Assembly: GCA_026397405.1 (NCBI GenBank)
Contig: JAPLUW010000002.1
Location: 40,214-104,213 of the forward strand
DNA from: Candidatus Adlerbacteria bacterium
GTDB taxonomy: Bacteria > Patescibacteriota > Minisyncoccia > Phycocordibacterales > SBAW01
DNA length: 64,000 nucleotides
Reading direction: 5' to 3'
Positions 48,198 through 57,319 of this stretch are shown in pieces. Below the pieces are notes generated by a model, which searched no databases, was not told the origin of the DNA, and was given only the letters and a program-made list of their open reading frames with translations. Numbering within the stretch: position 1 is the stretch's first letter; each line of letters begins with the position of its first letter. The position numbers were made by a program, and so were the translations under genes.

Positions 48198-51071
48198 CTA
48201 TAAGACCACAAAATTAATGATTTTGTTAGGGACATAGATTGCTTTTACCTCCTTGCCCTTGGCCAACCACAGGGCCACAGCGGGGTTTGTGCGTGCCAAA
48301 GTTAGGGCTTCATCTTCTGAGACGCCCGAAGGTACGTCCGTCAAAGACCCGCGTAGTTTGCCGTTTACTTGCACAGCAATAGACACCGTGTGTGAGACAA
48401 GTTTTGTTTCGTCAGCGGTTGGCCACACGCTCCACTCCGAATGTTCGAGCCCTACCACTTCTGCAAGTTCATAGGTGATGTGGGGCGCAAGTGGCGCTAG
48501 TAGCTGCAGTAATGTTACATACGCTGGGCGTGGCACCTGTTCCAGTCCAGCTAAGTGGTTTGAAAATACCATCAACGCAGAAACGGCCGTATTCATTTTT
48601 AGTACATCCAAGTCTTCAGAAACTTTTTTTATTGTTTGGTTGCGCAGTGTTTCTGTTGCAAGGTCTGGCGCAATGTCGGCAACCTTCTCCCCCAACTTCC
48701 ATACACGCTCTAAAAAGCGCCGCACACCGATAATGCTCTTGGTGTTCCACGGCTTCATCGCTTCAAGCGGGCCCATAAACATTTCATAGAGCCGCACAGT
48801 ATCTGCGCCATACAGTTCGATAAATTCGTCTGGGTTTATAACATTGCCAACCGACTTGGACATTTTGGTACCGTCTTCGGCAAGTATCGTCCCTTGGTGG
48901 CGGAGCTTTAAAAACGGTTCGCTAAACGATATGAGCCCAAACTTTTGCAGCGCTTTGGTAAAAAAACGTGCATACATTAAGTGCAGCACCGTATGTTCTG
49001 CCCCGCCCATGTATAGGTCAACCGGCAGCCATTTTTTAATAGCCTCTGGTGAGGCAAACTCGTTTTCATTATGTGGGTCAGCGAAACGGAAAAAATACCA
49101 GGACGAACAAACAAACGTGTCCATCGTATCAATTTCGGGTGTCCAGCCTTTTCCAAATATTTTTTCTGTCCGCTCGAGCAATTCTTTTGACTGACCCAGA
49201 GGAGACACTCCTGTTGGTTTAAACTCGACATCTGTCGGCAATATCCATGGCAAATGCTCTTCCGGCACAGCGTGCGGCTTCCCTTCCGGGTCGTAGACGA
49301 CAGGGATTGGTGCGCCCCAGTATCGTTGGCGCGAAATAAGCCAGTCACGCAATTTATATGTTTTAGTAACCTTACCTCCAACAAATTCAATTATTTTTTT
49401 CTTCGCCTCTTCATTTGGCATGCCGTCAAAGGTTCCTGAATTTACAAGAACTCCATCGCCTGTAAATTGTGCGTTTTGGATATAGTGCTCGAAGTAGAGC
49501 TTGTGGTGGTTTATTAATACAGGGTCTTTAAGAATTTCATCGGCTGTTTTCCACGAACCTTGTTTCGTCTCTTTATCAACAATGTCTGTTCGTTCTCTAT
49601 CTGCCAGCTCGACAATGTATATCCGGTCACGACAAAGTTCTTCGCGTGATTTCCGTACCTTGTACCCACGGGAATAGCCGTATTCAAAAAGCTGTGTGCT
49701 CTTTTTAATATTTTTATACCCGGACTCCTCCGTTGCTTCGCGTACGGCAGTTTCTCCGGGCTTCTCCCCTTCTTCCACGTGTCCACCGACAAAACCATGG
49801 TGTCCCGTGTTGGCAAATTCAACAACATAGTAGAGATCTTTCTCCCAATGCTTAATTATCGCTGATTCCGCATCAAATTTTATAATATTCTCTTCGCTCT
49901 GTGGCGCATCTACTCCGGTGATAACAACGTACGGAGCAACGACCTGTTTTACTGGTACGTTAAATTTTTTTGCAAAGGCAAAATCGCGTTCGTCATGCGC
50001 AGGCACACCCATAACAGCGCCTGTGCCGTAGCCGCCCAACACATAGTCGGCAACATACATGGGGATTTTTTCTTTTGTGGCTGGGTTTATTGCCCATACA
50101 CCTTCCAATTTGACGCCGGTTTTTTCTTTTGCGTCGTCTATTTGTCGGTCGAGGTCGGTTTTATTTTTTGCTGCTACTACATAGGCCTTAACCTCCTCCT
50201 TATTAACTAGCACGTCGTGGTTGTCGTCGATCGCCAGTGTTATCCATGCATGTTCTGGTGCAAGAACCATGTAGGTAACTCCAAAAAGCGTATCGGGGCG
50301 TGTGGTAAAAACAGGAATCAACCCTTCTTTTGTGTCTGGTTTGTCGAAAACTACCTTAAAGCTAACTTCTGCGCCTTCGCTCCTGCCTATCCAATTGCGC
50401 TGGTTTATTTTGGTCGACTCGGGCCAGTCTACTTGGTCGAGGTCGTCGACAAGTGCGTCCGCAAAGTCGGTAATCTTAAAAAACCACTGTGCTAAATCTT
50501 TTTGAACAACTTTTGTCCCGCAACGTACGCAGACTCCTTTTTCGCCGCTTTCAGAAACGGTCTGTTCGTTTGCGAGCACCGTTTGGTCTTTTGGACACCA
50601 ATTTACTTTTGCTACGCGTTTTTCTGCAAGACCGTTATTGTACAAAAACAAAAAAAACCATTGCGTCCATTTGTAATACTCTGGCGTGTGCGTACCAATT
50701 TCTCGCGACCAGTCGTAGGAAAGACCGAGACGTTTAATCTGACCTCTAAAGGTGTCTATAGAAGAGGCTGTTGTTTGGACAGGCGGAATCCCAGTTTTAA
50801 TAGCGTAGTTTTCTGCAGGAAGGCCGAATGCATCCCAGCCCATGGGGTGCAACACATTGTATCCTTGTGCACGTTTGTAGCGACTGTATATGTCGGTAGC
50901 GGTATAGCCTTCTACGTGGCCAACATGCAACCCGGATCCCGACGGATACGGGAACATGTCCAGAATATAAATTTTTTCTTTACTACTAGAGTTGTCAGCA
51001 CGAAACGCTTCCGACTCGTGCCATCGCTGCTGCCATTTTTGTTCAATTTTTTTGTGGTCGTACTGCTCCAT
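48198..51071 (-). CDS. leuS: leucine--tRNA ligase carrying an inserted Nudix hydrolase domain
   Basis: HIGH-like PYPSGSGLHVGH, CP1 editing domain (TTRPDTLFG...GTGAVMGVPAHDERDF), KMSKS (GTKMSKSVGN). Between the editing domain and the catalytic core return (FTGDGVLVNSGTF) lies about 150 aa containing GGHVEEGEKPGETAVREATEESGY, a perfect Nudix box. Confidence 0.9.
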   Translation of the reverse strand: MEQYDHKKIEQKWQQRWHESEAFRADNSSSKEKIYILDMFPYPSGSGLHVGHVEGYTATDIYSRYKRAQGYNVLHPMGWDAFGLPAENYAIKTGIPPVQTTASSIDTFRGQIKRLGLSYDWSREIGTHTPEYYKWTQWFFLFLYNNGLAEKRVAKVNWCPKDQTVLANEQTVSESGEKGVCVRCGTKVVQKDLAQWFFKITDFADALVDDLDQVDWPESTKINQRNWIGRSEGAEVSFKVVFDKPDTKEGLIPVFTTRPDTLFGVTYMVLAPEHAWITLAIDDNHDVLVNKEEVKAYVVAAKNKTDLDRQIDDAKEKTGVKLEGVWAINPATKEKIPMYVADYVLGGYGTGAVMGVPAHDERDFAFAKKFNVPVKQVVAPYVVITGVDAPQSEENIIKFDAESAIIKHWEKDLYYVVEFANTGHHGFVGGHVEEGEKPGETAVREATEESGYKNIKKSTQLFEYGYSRGYKVRKSREELCRDRIYIVELADRERTDIVDKETKQGSWKTADEILKDPVLINHHKLYFEHYIQNAQFTGDGVLVNSGTFDGMPNEEAKKKIIEFVGGKVTKTYKLRDWLISRQRYWGAPIPVVYDPEGKPHAVPEEHLPWILPTDVEFKPTGVSPLGQSKELLERTEKIFGKGWTPEIDTMDTFVCSSWYFFRFADPHNENEFASPEAIKKWLPVDLYMGGAEHTVLHLMYARFFTKALQKFGLISFSEPFLKLRHQGTILAEDGTKMSKSVGNVINPDEFIELYGADTVRLYEMFMGPLEAMKPWNTKSIIGVRRFLERVWKLGEKVADIAPDLATETLRNQTIKKVSEDLDVLKMNTAVSALMVFSNHLAGLEQVPRPAYVTLLQLLAPLAPHITYELAEVVGLEHSEWSVWPTADETKLVSHTVSIAVQVNGKLRGSLTDVPSGVSEDEALTLARTNPAVALWLAKGKEVKAIYVPNKIINFVVL

Positions 51072-51077
51072 GGAGTG

Positions 51078-52007
51078 TTACTTCAACGGAGGGAAAAGGT
51101 CTGGGTCAATCGAGCGGACAAAGCACACACGGCCTGCTGCATGCGACCAGTTGTCCTGTTGTTGCTTACCACCAACGACAACCGGCATCGTGCGTGCGCC
51201 GCCACTCTGCTCGCCTGCGAGGTTAAATGTTGCACACAGTTCAAACCCTAAGCCTGCGTTTTTAGTATATTCGTACGAAAGGCCCGACTGTGGGTCTACA
51301 GGCACAGTGTTGTAGAGCAGCGGATCGTTTAGAGCGGCAAGTGTCGTCGGGAGTGCGCGCTTTTGCTGGTAGAAGTTCATTACCTCGCTCTGCAATTGCT
51401 GCAAGTCGGTAACTTTTTGCTGGTCCAAGCGGAGCAAACGTGCGTGCGCAGGAGTTCCGACAATAAAGAAGCCGGCGACAATGGTTAGCAACACAAGTGC
51501 ACCGGTAGAGTAACCAACTGCGTGCGAACGGCCAGGGTACGTGTCCCAATAGCCTTTGAAGTCCGCTATAAAGTGCAAGAAGCTGCCACCCGCAACAAGG
51601 AATACGACAAGCACTTTAAGGAGGAACGCTGCCGTGATGTCACTACCGTTTAAAAACGACGTTAGCAATACAATAAGGTCAACCGCAATGCTTGCACCTG
51701 CAATAAATAGAGTCAAAAAAAGTGCCCAGCGGCGCACCCAAATGTTTGCACGTGTCTGGTCTTTTGTAATGTCAGAGTGGATAACGCGCAGCAACATAAC
51801 CGCGAGTGGGAAAAGTACTATCAGCACCGCCATCTCGTAGCTAATGCCACCCTGGTACGGGTCGCTTGAATAGTATGCAAGAGGGTTTGGTAGCGCGTAG
51901 TTTATGTAGTCAAACACCAAACCGATAAACGCTATAACACTTCCGTAGAGTGCGACCATTGCCCCTGCCCACATAAAGAAGTCTTTTGGCGTTGTTTTGT
52001 TATCCAT
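51078..52007 (-). CDS. hypothetical polytopic membrane protein
   Basis: 309 aa with about six TM helices and a C-terminal soluble segment. No assignable motif. Confidence 0.5.
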   Translation of the reverse strand: MDNKTTPKDFFMWAGAMVALYGSVIAFIGLVFDYINYALPNPLAYYSSDPYQGGISYEMAVLIVLFPLAVMLLRVIHSDITKDQTRANIWVRRWALFLTLFIAGASIAVDLIVLLTSFLNGSDITAAFLLKVLVVFLVAGGSFLHFIADFKGYWDTYPGRSHAVGYSTGALVLLTIVAGFFIVGTPAHARLLRLDQQKVTDLQQLQSEVMNFYQQKRALPTTLAALNDPLLYNTVPVDPQSGLSYEYTKNAGLGFELCATFNLAGEQSGGARTMPVVVGGKQQQDNWSHAAGRVCFVRSIDPDLFPPLK

Positions 52008-53100
52008 GTAGGAATTCTACCACATCGCCATCTTTGACAATGTATTCTTTTCCTTCTGTTTTAAGTGCCCCCAACTCGCGGGCTTTTGCGTAGGACCCTG
52101 CTTCGATAAGTGTGTTCCAAAAAATAACTTCGGCGCGGATAAATTTATTAAAAAAGTCGGTGTGGATTGCAGCACCTGCCTCGGGTGCGGTTGCTCCAAC
52201 CGGCACTGTCCATGCACGGGTCTCGTCGGCGCCTGTTGTAAAGAAGCTCATCAACCCTAGCAACTTGTACCCAGCGCTAATAAGGCCGCTCACACCGTCG
52301 TCGAAGACGCCGTATTCCTGGCGGAAGGACTGCTTGTCGTCTGCATGCAACTCGCGCAGCTCGCTTTCGACATTGGCGTCGACTGTTACGTACGACGCTT
52401 TTGAGCTTTCGATAAATTCTTGCAAGCGGTCCCAGCGGCCGTCGGCAGCTTCGTCTATGTTGTGCCCGCCAGCTTCGCGGTTTAATACATACAACATGGG
52501 CTTCATCGTTAACAAGTGCAGGCCTTTTATCGCAAACAACTCTTCGTCTGTGTAGGCGGCAGTGCGTGCCATTGCACTCGCCTGCAGTGCATCGTTGGCT
52601 TTTTTAACTGCCGCGTGTTCAATAAGTGCCTCTTTTTTTCCTTGCTTTACGTCACGCCCCAAAGAGTCGAGGCGTTTCCCCACCGTTTCTATATCGGCCA
52701 AGATAAGCTCGAGGTTTATTGTCTCAATGTCGCGGAGCGGGTTTACTTCGCCGTCGACATGCAAAATGTTGGTGTTGTCAAAAATACGCACCACGTGTGC
52801 GATAGCGTCTACTTCGCGAATGTGCGAGAGAAAGGTATTGCCCAAGCCTTCGCCTTCGGACGCTCCCTTTACCAAACCGGCGATGTCAACAAATTCCACC
52901 GCTGCAGGAACTTTTTTTGCAGAGTTAGAAAATGCCGCAAGCTTGTCGACACGCTCGTCGGGCACCGACACAACACCCACGGAAGGGTCGATAGTTGCAA
53001 AGGGGTAGTTTGCCGCCAAGACGCTCTTTTTGGTGAGTGCGTTAAACAGCGTAGACTTCCCCACGTTTGGGAGCCCGACAATTCCTATACTTAAAGCCAT
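52000..53100 (-). CDS. ychF: ribosome-binding ATPase YchF (Obg family)
   Basis: G1 GIVGLPNVGKSTLFNALT, a central coiled insert and a TGS domain. 366 aa. Confidence 0.85.
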   Translation of the reverse strand: MALSIGIVGLPNVGKSTLFNALTKKSVLAANYPFATIDPSVGVVSVPDERVDKLAAFSNSAKKVPAAVEFVDIAGLVKGASEGEGLGNTFLSHIREVDAIAHVVRIFDNTNILHVDGEVNPLRDIETINLELILADIETVGKRLDSLGRDVKQGKKEALIEHAAVKKANDALQASAMARTAAYTDEELFAIKGLHLLTMKPMLYVLNREAGGHNIDEAADGRWDRLQEFIESSKASYVTVDANVESELRELHADDKQSFRQEYGVFDDGVSGLISAGYKLLGLMSFFTTGADETRAWTVPVGATAPEAGAAIHTDFFNKFIRAEVIFWNTLIEAGSYAKARELGALKTEGKEYIVKDGDVVEFLHG

Positions 53101-53153
53101 TACTCACACTATGCCAAAAAATCCTTATTTTGTATAGCTCCTTGCAGTACTAC

Positions 53154-53182
53154 TTGACAAGATTTGTATTAGGGTGTATAGT
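53154..53182 (+). promoter_or_regulatory. near-consensus sigma70 promoter (TTGACA-N17-TATAGT)
   Basis: ttgaca at 53154-53159, a 17-nt spacer, tatagt at 53177-53182. About 65 nt upstream of the small peptide gene. Confidence 0.5.
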
Positions 53183-53247
53183 ATATAAGTAACCTATTTA
53201 AGGCTAGCTTAGATAGGATGACATTCTTTTCAACAACGGAGACTGAA

Positions 53248-53475
53248 ATGGTCGGCAACACCCTGAACTCGAGTACCTTCGTCCCGAAGGTCCCGGAGCT
53301 GCACTACGAGTGCTTGCTGAAGGATACTCGCGGTGAGACCCGCGAAGGCGTCATCAAGTATATCGTTTTGGGTGGCTTTGGCTGCCCCACGGCCTTCGCC
53401 TTCTACAAGGACCGTGGTCCTGGCCAGGTGACGTCCTTCTCGTGGAACAACGGCTGGTGCGAAGACCGCGACTAG
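53248..53475 (+). CDS. small Cys-containing protein (75 aa), possible GG-leader peptide precursor
   Basis: The ATG at 53248 is preceded by GGAG at 7 nt. MVGNTLNSSTFVPKVPELHYECLLKDTRGETREGVIKYIVLGG|FGCPTAFAFYKDRGPGQVTSFSWNNGWCEDRD. It has its own promoter and terminator. Confidence 0.45.
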   Translation: MVGNTLNSSTFVPKVPELHYECLLKDTRGETREGVIKYIVLGGFGCPTAFAFYKDRGPGQVTSFSWNNGWCEDRD

Positions 53476-53501
53476 CCCCCGAGCCCCGCATTCGAGTAGG
53501 A

Positions 53502-53542
53502 AGAGCCCCGCTCCTCCACTCAACGCGGGGCTCTTTCTTTTT
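53502..53542 (+). terminator. rho-independent terminator (agagccccgc-loop-gcggggctct + T-run)
   Basis: A 10-bp GC-rich stem followed by ttcttttt. Confidence 0.6.
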
Positions 53543-53633
53543 ATATATGAACCTCGGTTTCGACTTACATGTGGTTGACACTCTAGATATAAAATGTCAG
53601 TGTATTAACTGAAACAGTTCACAAGGGGGCCTC

Positions 53634-54083
53634 ATGCCGAAACCAGCTAAGATTGTTGTCCTGGACGACACCTATCTTTATCTCACAGGAATTACCAAGA
53701 TCCTGCGGGATGAAGGGTACGAGGTATTTGCCATTCTTTACGCCGAGAAAGAAGATGAAAAGAAAGGCATCGACCTTTTTACTACCGATGCCAGAGAGGC
53801 TGCGACCGCCATTGTGGCATTCAAGCCCGACATGGTCCTGTTGGACCACAATCTCAACAGTGCCGGGGCCACTGGCCAGAAGGTTGCAGAGCTCTCCGGC
53901 GTACCCAAAAAGAAGACTCTCGGCATCTCTGACCTTGGAAGGCAGCAGGAGGGCTACTGCGTCGAGCAACTAGCTGTGGCCAAGCTGGAGCTCACTGAAC
54001 CCTTCGCCAAGAGGCGTCAAACGGAAGCCGACAACGCTGCAACTATCTTTTTGGCGCAAGTCGCCAACCTCTTGGAGAAGTAA
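53634..54083 (+). CDS. orphan single-domain response-regulator receiver (CheY/Spo0F-like), paralog of 28020..28463
   Basis: KIVVLDDTY, KPDMVLLDHNL, GVPKKKTLGISD and PFAKRR align to the Spo0F/CheY conserved positions and to the paralog. AAGGGGG SD. Confidence 0.6.
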   Translation: MPKPAKIVVLDDTYLYLTGITKILRDEGYEVFAILYAEKEDEKKGIDLFTTDAREAATAIVAFKPDMVLLDHNLNSAGATGQKVAELSGVPKKKTLGISDLGRQQEGYCVEQLAVAKLELTEPFAKRRQTEADNAATIFLAQVANLLEK

Positions 54084-54109
54084 CGCCAAGTTCCTGCCGC
54101 AATGCACAA

Positions 54110-54150
54110 GGCCGTCGCTCACTTCGGTGAGACGACGGCCTTTTTCTTTT
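54110..54150. terminator. bidirectional rho-independent terminator (ggccgtcgctcac-ttcg-gtgagacgacggcc + T-run) shared by convergent genes
   Basis: A 13-bp interrupted stem with a tetraloop, followed by tttttctttt. Confidence 0.6.
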
Positions 54151-54166
54151 CTATGTATGCGCTGTA

Positions 54167-55468
54167 TTAGTTTGCGTTAAGTGCTGCGCGGGTCAGAGGG
54201 CCGACAGAACCTACCTGGGCAATGTTGTGTGCCTTTTGGAAGGCTTTAACAGCAACCAAGGTTAGTTTGCCAAAGTAACCGGTTATTGGGCCTTTGTAGA
54301 AACCTTGTGCGGTGAGCAATTTCTGCAACTCAGTTACATCATTTCCAGACATGCCAAGTGAGAGATTTTTAGTAAAGTTGTATGTCTTTGCACCAAGCAC
54401 CGCCCCGCCGCCTGTAGAACCTGAAGTAGAGACGCTTGGAGTATTCTGGTACCCAACTGAACCAGCTCCAGAGACTATGCCGCCCCCGCCACCTCCACCA
54501 CCGCCAGTGCTACCAATGTGGTCGCTTACCTCTTTGTAGGAAATAAATATCGAGAAGTGTTTGGTCCAAATAATAAGGTCATTCCCTACATCAATTTTAC
54601 AGTCCGCATCTGCCCCGAGTGTCGGTGCCGTCGCGCTGTCGCACGTGTTTGTAATCGAATGGAAGCTCCCTGCCTGCGACCACCCTACCAACGTACCTGC
54701 CTTACCTGCAAAAGTGAGTTTTACCGCTTTGTCGAGGCTCAGTGGAGTATCGCCCGCACCTATTTCAATCGCTTCAATAGATGTAATGACAGTCCCGGCA
54801 GTTCCTACGATAAACGCATTTGTTGTTACTGTCGGCAATGTAAACGTACCGTCCCATGTCGAGGTACCCGTGACTGTAATGTCTGCAGGGATGTCAACCA
54901 CTACGGTAAGCCCAACACCGTGTCCCGATGTTTGGCTCGCGTTGGTAATTGTTCCCGAAACTGTCATGTCTGGGTTTGTTGAAGTTGCGATACTTTCGAC
55001 GGTGCTTGCGGGGTTTACGTTAATAGTAAACACACCCGGCACAAAGGTTACCGCGTAGTTGCTTCCTGCAGAAAGTGTGCCGATGTTTATCGTTGTTGTG
55101 CCAACACTCTCCCCCGCGGTACGTGCAAGCGAGCCAGAAAATACGCTGTCTGTGTCGCTGTTAGTAAGCGCGCTGCGTGTGTAGGTAAACGCAGGGTCTG
55201 TGCCACCAAAGAGTTTTGATGCGTCTACTGATGTAACAGTGAGCGGCGCTGTAGTGACAGTAAGGTTTGCCCCAACATACGTCAGTGTGTAGTTGCTTGA
55301 AAGCGCCAATGTTCCCTGGTTGATTGCATGTGTGCCAACGGCCTCACCTGCCCCGCGAGTAAGCGAACCTGTAAACGCATCCGAACCTTGGAGCGCGCCT
55401 GAGGTGATCGTATATGTAAGTGCAGGATCAGTAGCACCATATACTTTTGTCTTTACCGCCGCAGTCAC
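54167..55468 (-). CDS. cell-surface protein fragment with MBG-type repeats and a C-terminal peptidoglycan-binding domain; probably 5'-truncated
   Basis: Repeated YGxTDPAxTYT / TVTxAPLTVT blocks of MBG style. The C-terminus LSLGMSGNDVTELQKLLTAQGFYKG...AVKAFQKAHNI is a PG_binding_1-like domain. The frame stays open 61 codons upstream to a TAA with no ATG/GTG/TTG, and there is no signal peptide. The track start is GTG. Confidence 0.5.
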   Translation of the reverse strand: MTAAVKTKVYGATDPALTYTITSGALQGSDAFTGSLTRGAGEAVGTHAINQGTLALSSNYTLTYVGANLTVTTAPLTVTSVDASKLFGGTDPAFTYTRSALTNSDTDSVFSGSLARTAGESVGTTTINIGTLSAGSNYAVTFVPGVFTINVNPASTVESIATSTNPDMTVSGTITNASQTSGHGVGLTVVVDIPADITVTGTSTWDGTFTLPTVTTNAFIVGTAGTVITSIEAIEIGAGDTPLSLDKAVKLTFAGKAGTLVGWSQAGSFHSITNTCDSATAPTLGADADCKIDVGNDLIIWTKHFSIFISYKEVSDHIGSTGGGGGGGGGIVSGAGSVGYQNTPSVSTSGSTGGGAVLGAKTYNFTKNLSLGMSGNDVTELQKLLTAQGFYKGPITGYFGKLTLVAVKAFQKAHNIAQVGSVGPLTRAALNAN

Positions 55469-55690
55469 TGTAAGAGGAGCCGTTGCGATAACATTGTGGA
55501 TGCTACCACTTGTATTGTTATAGTTTCCAGTCGTATCAGTAAATGTCCATGTATCTGAGGAATAATCCCCGGCATCAGTATGTGTCGTGCCTGAAAAGTT
55601 GAGTCCGCTTAGGCTTTCAGCTTGTGCACCTGTCGCGGTAGTGGTGTGTTACCTATTTTATATTTTAAAACTTTAAAAAATGACATCAAT

Positions 55691-56683
55691 TTAATTTGGC
55701 ATCGCAACTGCAACCGCGGCATTCTGATTATCGGCAGGGAGAGACAAGGGGGCAATGAGGAAACGCTGGTTTACTATAACGATTCCAAGGATAACGGCAA
55801 CAAGTGCTACCCCATTAAATATGGCTTTATGGTGCAAGCGTTGCGGAGTAAAAGGCAAAAACCCAAGCGCGAGCATCAGTATAAAGAAGAACGCTAATAC
55901 GCCCAAAAAGAGCGTCATATATTTAGACGGTGACGAAAGTACTTTCTCCCACAGGGAAAGTGGCGGCTGTATGTGGGTAGGTGTGGCTGGCGGTGCTTCG
56001 TCTTCTGCACCTAATACAGCGGTGTCTTTTGGCGTTGTGTTAGTGGCAACAGTTGGTGTGGCAAGTGTTTGAGCAACAACTTTTGGTTCTGTTTTTGCAG
56101 GAGTTTTTTGAGCTACGGCTGTATGCAAAGGTGCCGCAAAAAACTGCACCACAAACACGGCTTCTTTGCCCTTGTACGTGCCCGTTGCCATCCCTACCCC
56201 AATTTCTGTGTAGTTTGCGCCCAATATATTTTCTTTATGTTCGGGCGAGTCCATCCACGCGGCAAGCAATTGCGACGAATCGTCAAAGTTTACTGCCAGG
56301 TTTTGCCCTGCGTACTGGTACGCATAGCCTGCTTTTTTAAGCCAGTACCACGGTGTCTTGCCGTCGGGGCTTTCGTGCGCAAAATAGCCCTTGGCTGCCA
56401 TATCCTGCGCTACTTGTTTTGCCGCTTCTGTAAGTTGGTTATTTGTTGTTAGGCTAGAAAGTTGGTCAGACGCGCGCTCTTGGTTTGTAAGTGCCACAAC
56501 AACCGCCGGCAGCACCGCACCCAGTTGCGTAGTTGAATGTGAAAGTGCGAAGGACTGAAAGAGGAAGGCAAGCTCTGCAAACGCAACAAGCGCAAGTACT
56601 GTGTACACCATTTGTGCACGCAACACATGCGGGTGCCGCTTGTTATGTTTGTGCGGCAAAAAAAACTTCTTCAATGAACGCAT
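55691..56683 (-). CDS. CAP/SCP (PR-1-like, YkwD-type) domain protein with membrane anchors
   Basis: GYFAHESPDGKTPWYW...GENI...YTEIGVG are CAP domain motifs. Hydrophobic segments sit at both ends. Confidence 0.7.
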   Translation of the reverse strand: MRSLKKFFLPHKHNKRHPHVLRAQMVYTVLALVAFAELAFLFQSFALSHSTTQLGAVLPAVVVALTNQERASDQLSSLTTNNQLTEAAKQVAQDMAAKGYFAHESPDGKTPWYWLKKAGYAYQYAGQNLAVNFDDSSQLLAAWMDSPEHKENILGANYTEIGVGMATGTYKGKEAVFVVQFFAAPLHTAVAQKTPAKTEPKVVAQTLATPTVATNTTPKDTAVLGAEDEAPPATPTHIQPPLSLWEKVLSSPSKYMTLFLGVLAFFFILMLALGFLPFTPQRLHHKAIFNGVALVAVILGIVIVNQRFLIAPLSLPADNQNAAVAVAMPN

Positions 56684-56710
56684 GTAGTAATAGTACCAGG
56701 GTTTTACTGT

Positions 56711-57319
56711 CTACTCCCCCAGCCTACCCAAACGGATAACTTGGCGGCGCCACGAGTTTAACTTCCATTCTGGGGCATGCTCGGACGGCCCAAAACAGGT
56801 AGTGCGAACGTTAAAACCTGCAAACCACAACACGCCGCGGGCGAGTTCGTTGGTGTAATTGCCAAAAAAGAGCCTCACAAGCAAGGGGTGTGTGCCCGAC
56901 AGTACAATAACCCGTGCAGTTTTGCCTTTGAGTAATTTGTCCCAACCAACAGTGCGGACGCCCTGTTTATTTTTTCGCATAGTAAACGCAAACCCTGGCA
57001 ACCATATACGGTCAAAAAGTCCTTTAAGTAGTGCCGGCATCGTACACCACCAGTTTGGATAGAGAACGACAAAATGGTCACACTGGCGTATAGCGTCTTG
57101 GAGTTTTTGTAAATCGGGCTCGAGGGGTTGTATTACTTTGTAGCCCTTGTACAAAATTGGGTCAAAATGCATCTCGCCGACGTGGAATTTTTGCACCTCG
57201 TGGCCTGCTTTTTTAGCAGCAGCTTCGTACAACACAGCGAGTTCGCGCGTGTGCGTCTGCCCCGTGTCAGGGTGCCCAACAAGCAGGACTATTTTTTTCT
57301 TCGCGCGGTTGTTAAACAT
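56711..57319 (-). CDS. flavodoxin-like fold NAD(P)H oxidoreductase family protein
   Basis: KIVLLVGHPDTGQTHTRELA and the YPNWWCTMPALLKGLFDR pattern of Flavodoxin_2 (MdaB/KefG-like). Confidence 0.6.
   Translation of the reverse strand: MFNNRAKKKIVLLVGHPDTGQTHTRELAVLYEAAAKKAGHEVQKFHVGEMHFDPILYKGYKVIQPLEPDLQKLQDAIRQCDHFVVLYPNWWCTMPALLKGLFDRIWLPGFAFTMRKNKQGVRTVGWDKLLKGKTARVIVLSGTHPLLVRLFFGNYTNELARGVLWFAGFNVRTTCFGPSEHAPEWKLNSWRRQVIRLGRLGE

Noticed and set aside
49467-49937. The LeuRS insert as an intein or mobile intron
   Set aside because: It has no intein splice-junction residues (Cys/Ser…His-Asn-Cys/Ser/Thr) and no homing-endonuclease motifs. Instead it carries a perfect Nudix box. Assembly chimerism cannot be excluded without reads.
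50502-51251. 249-aa plus-strand ORF
   Set aside because: It is antisense to leuS. No motifs.
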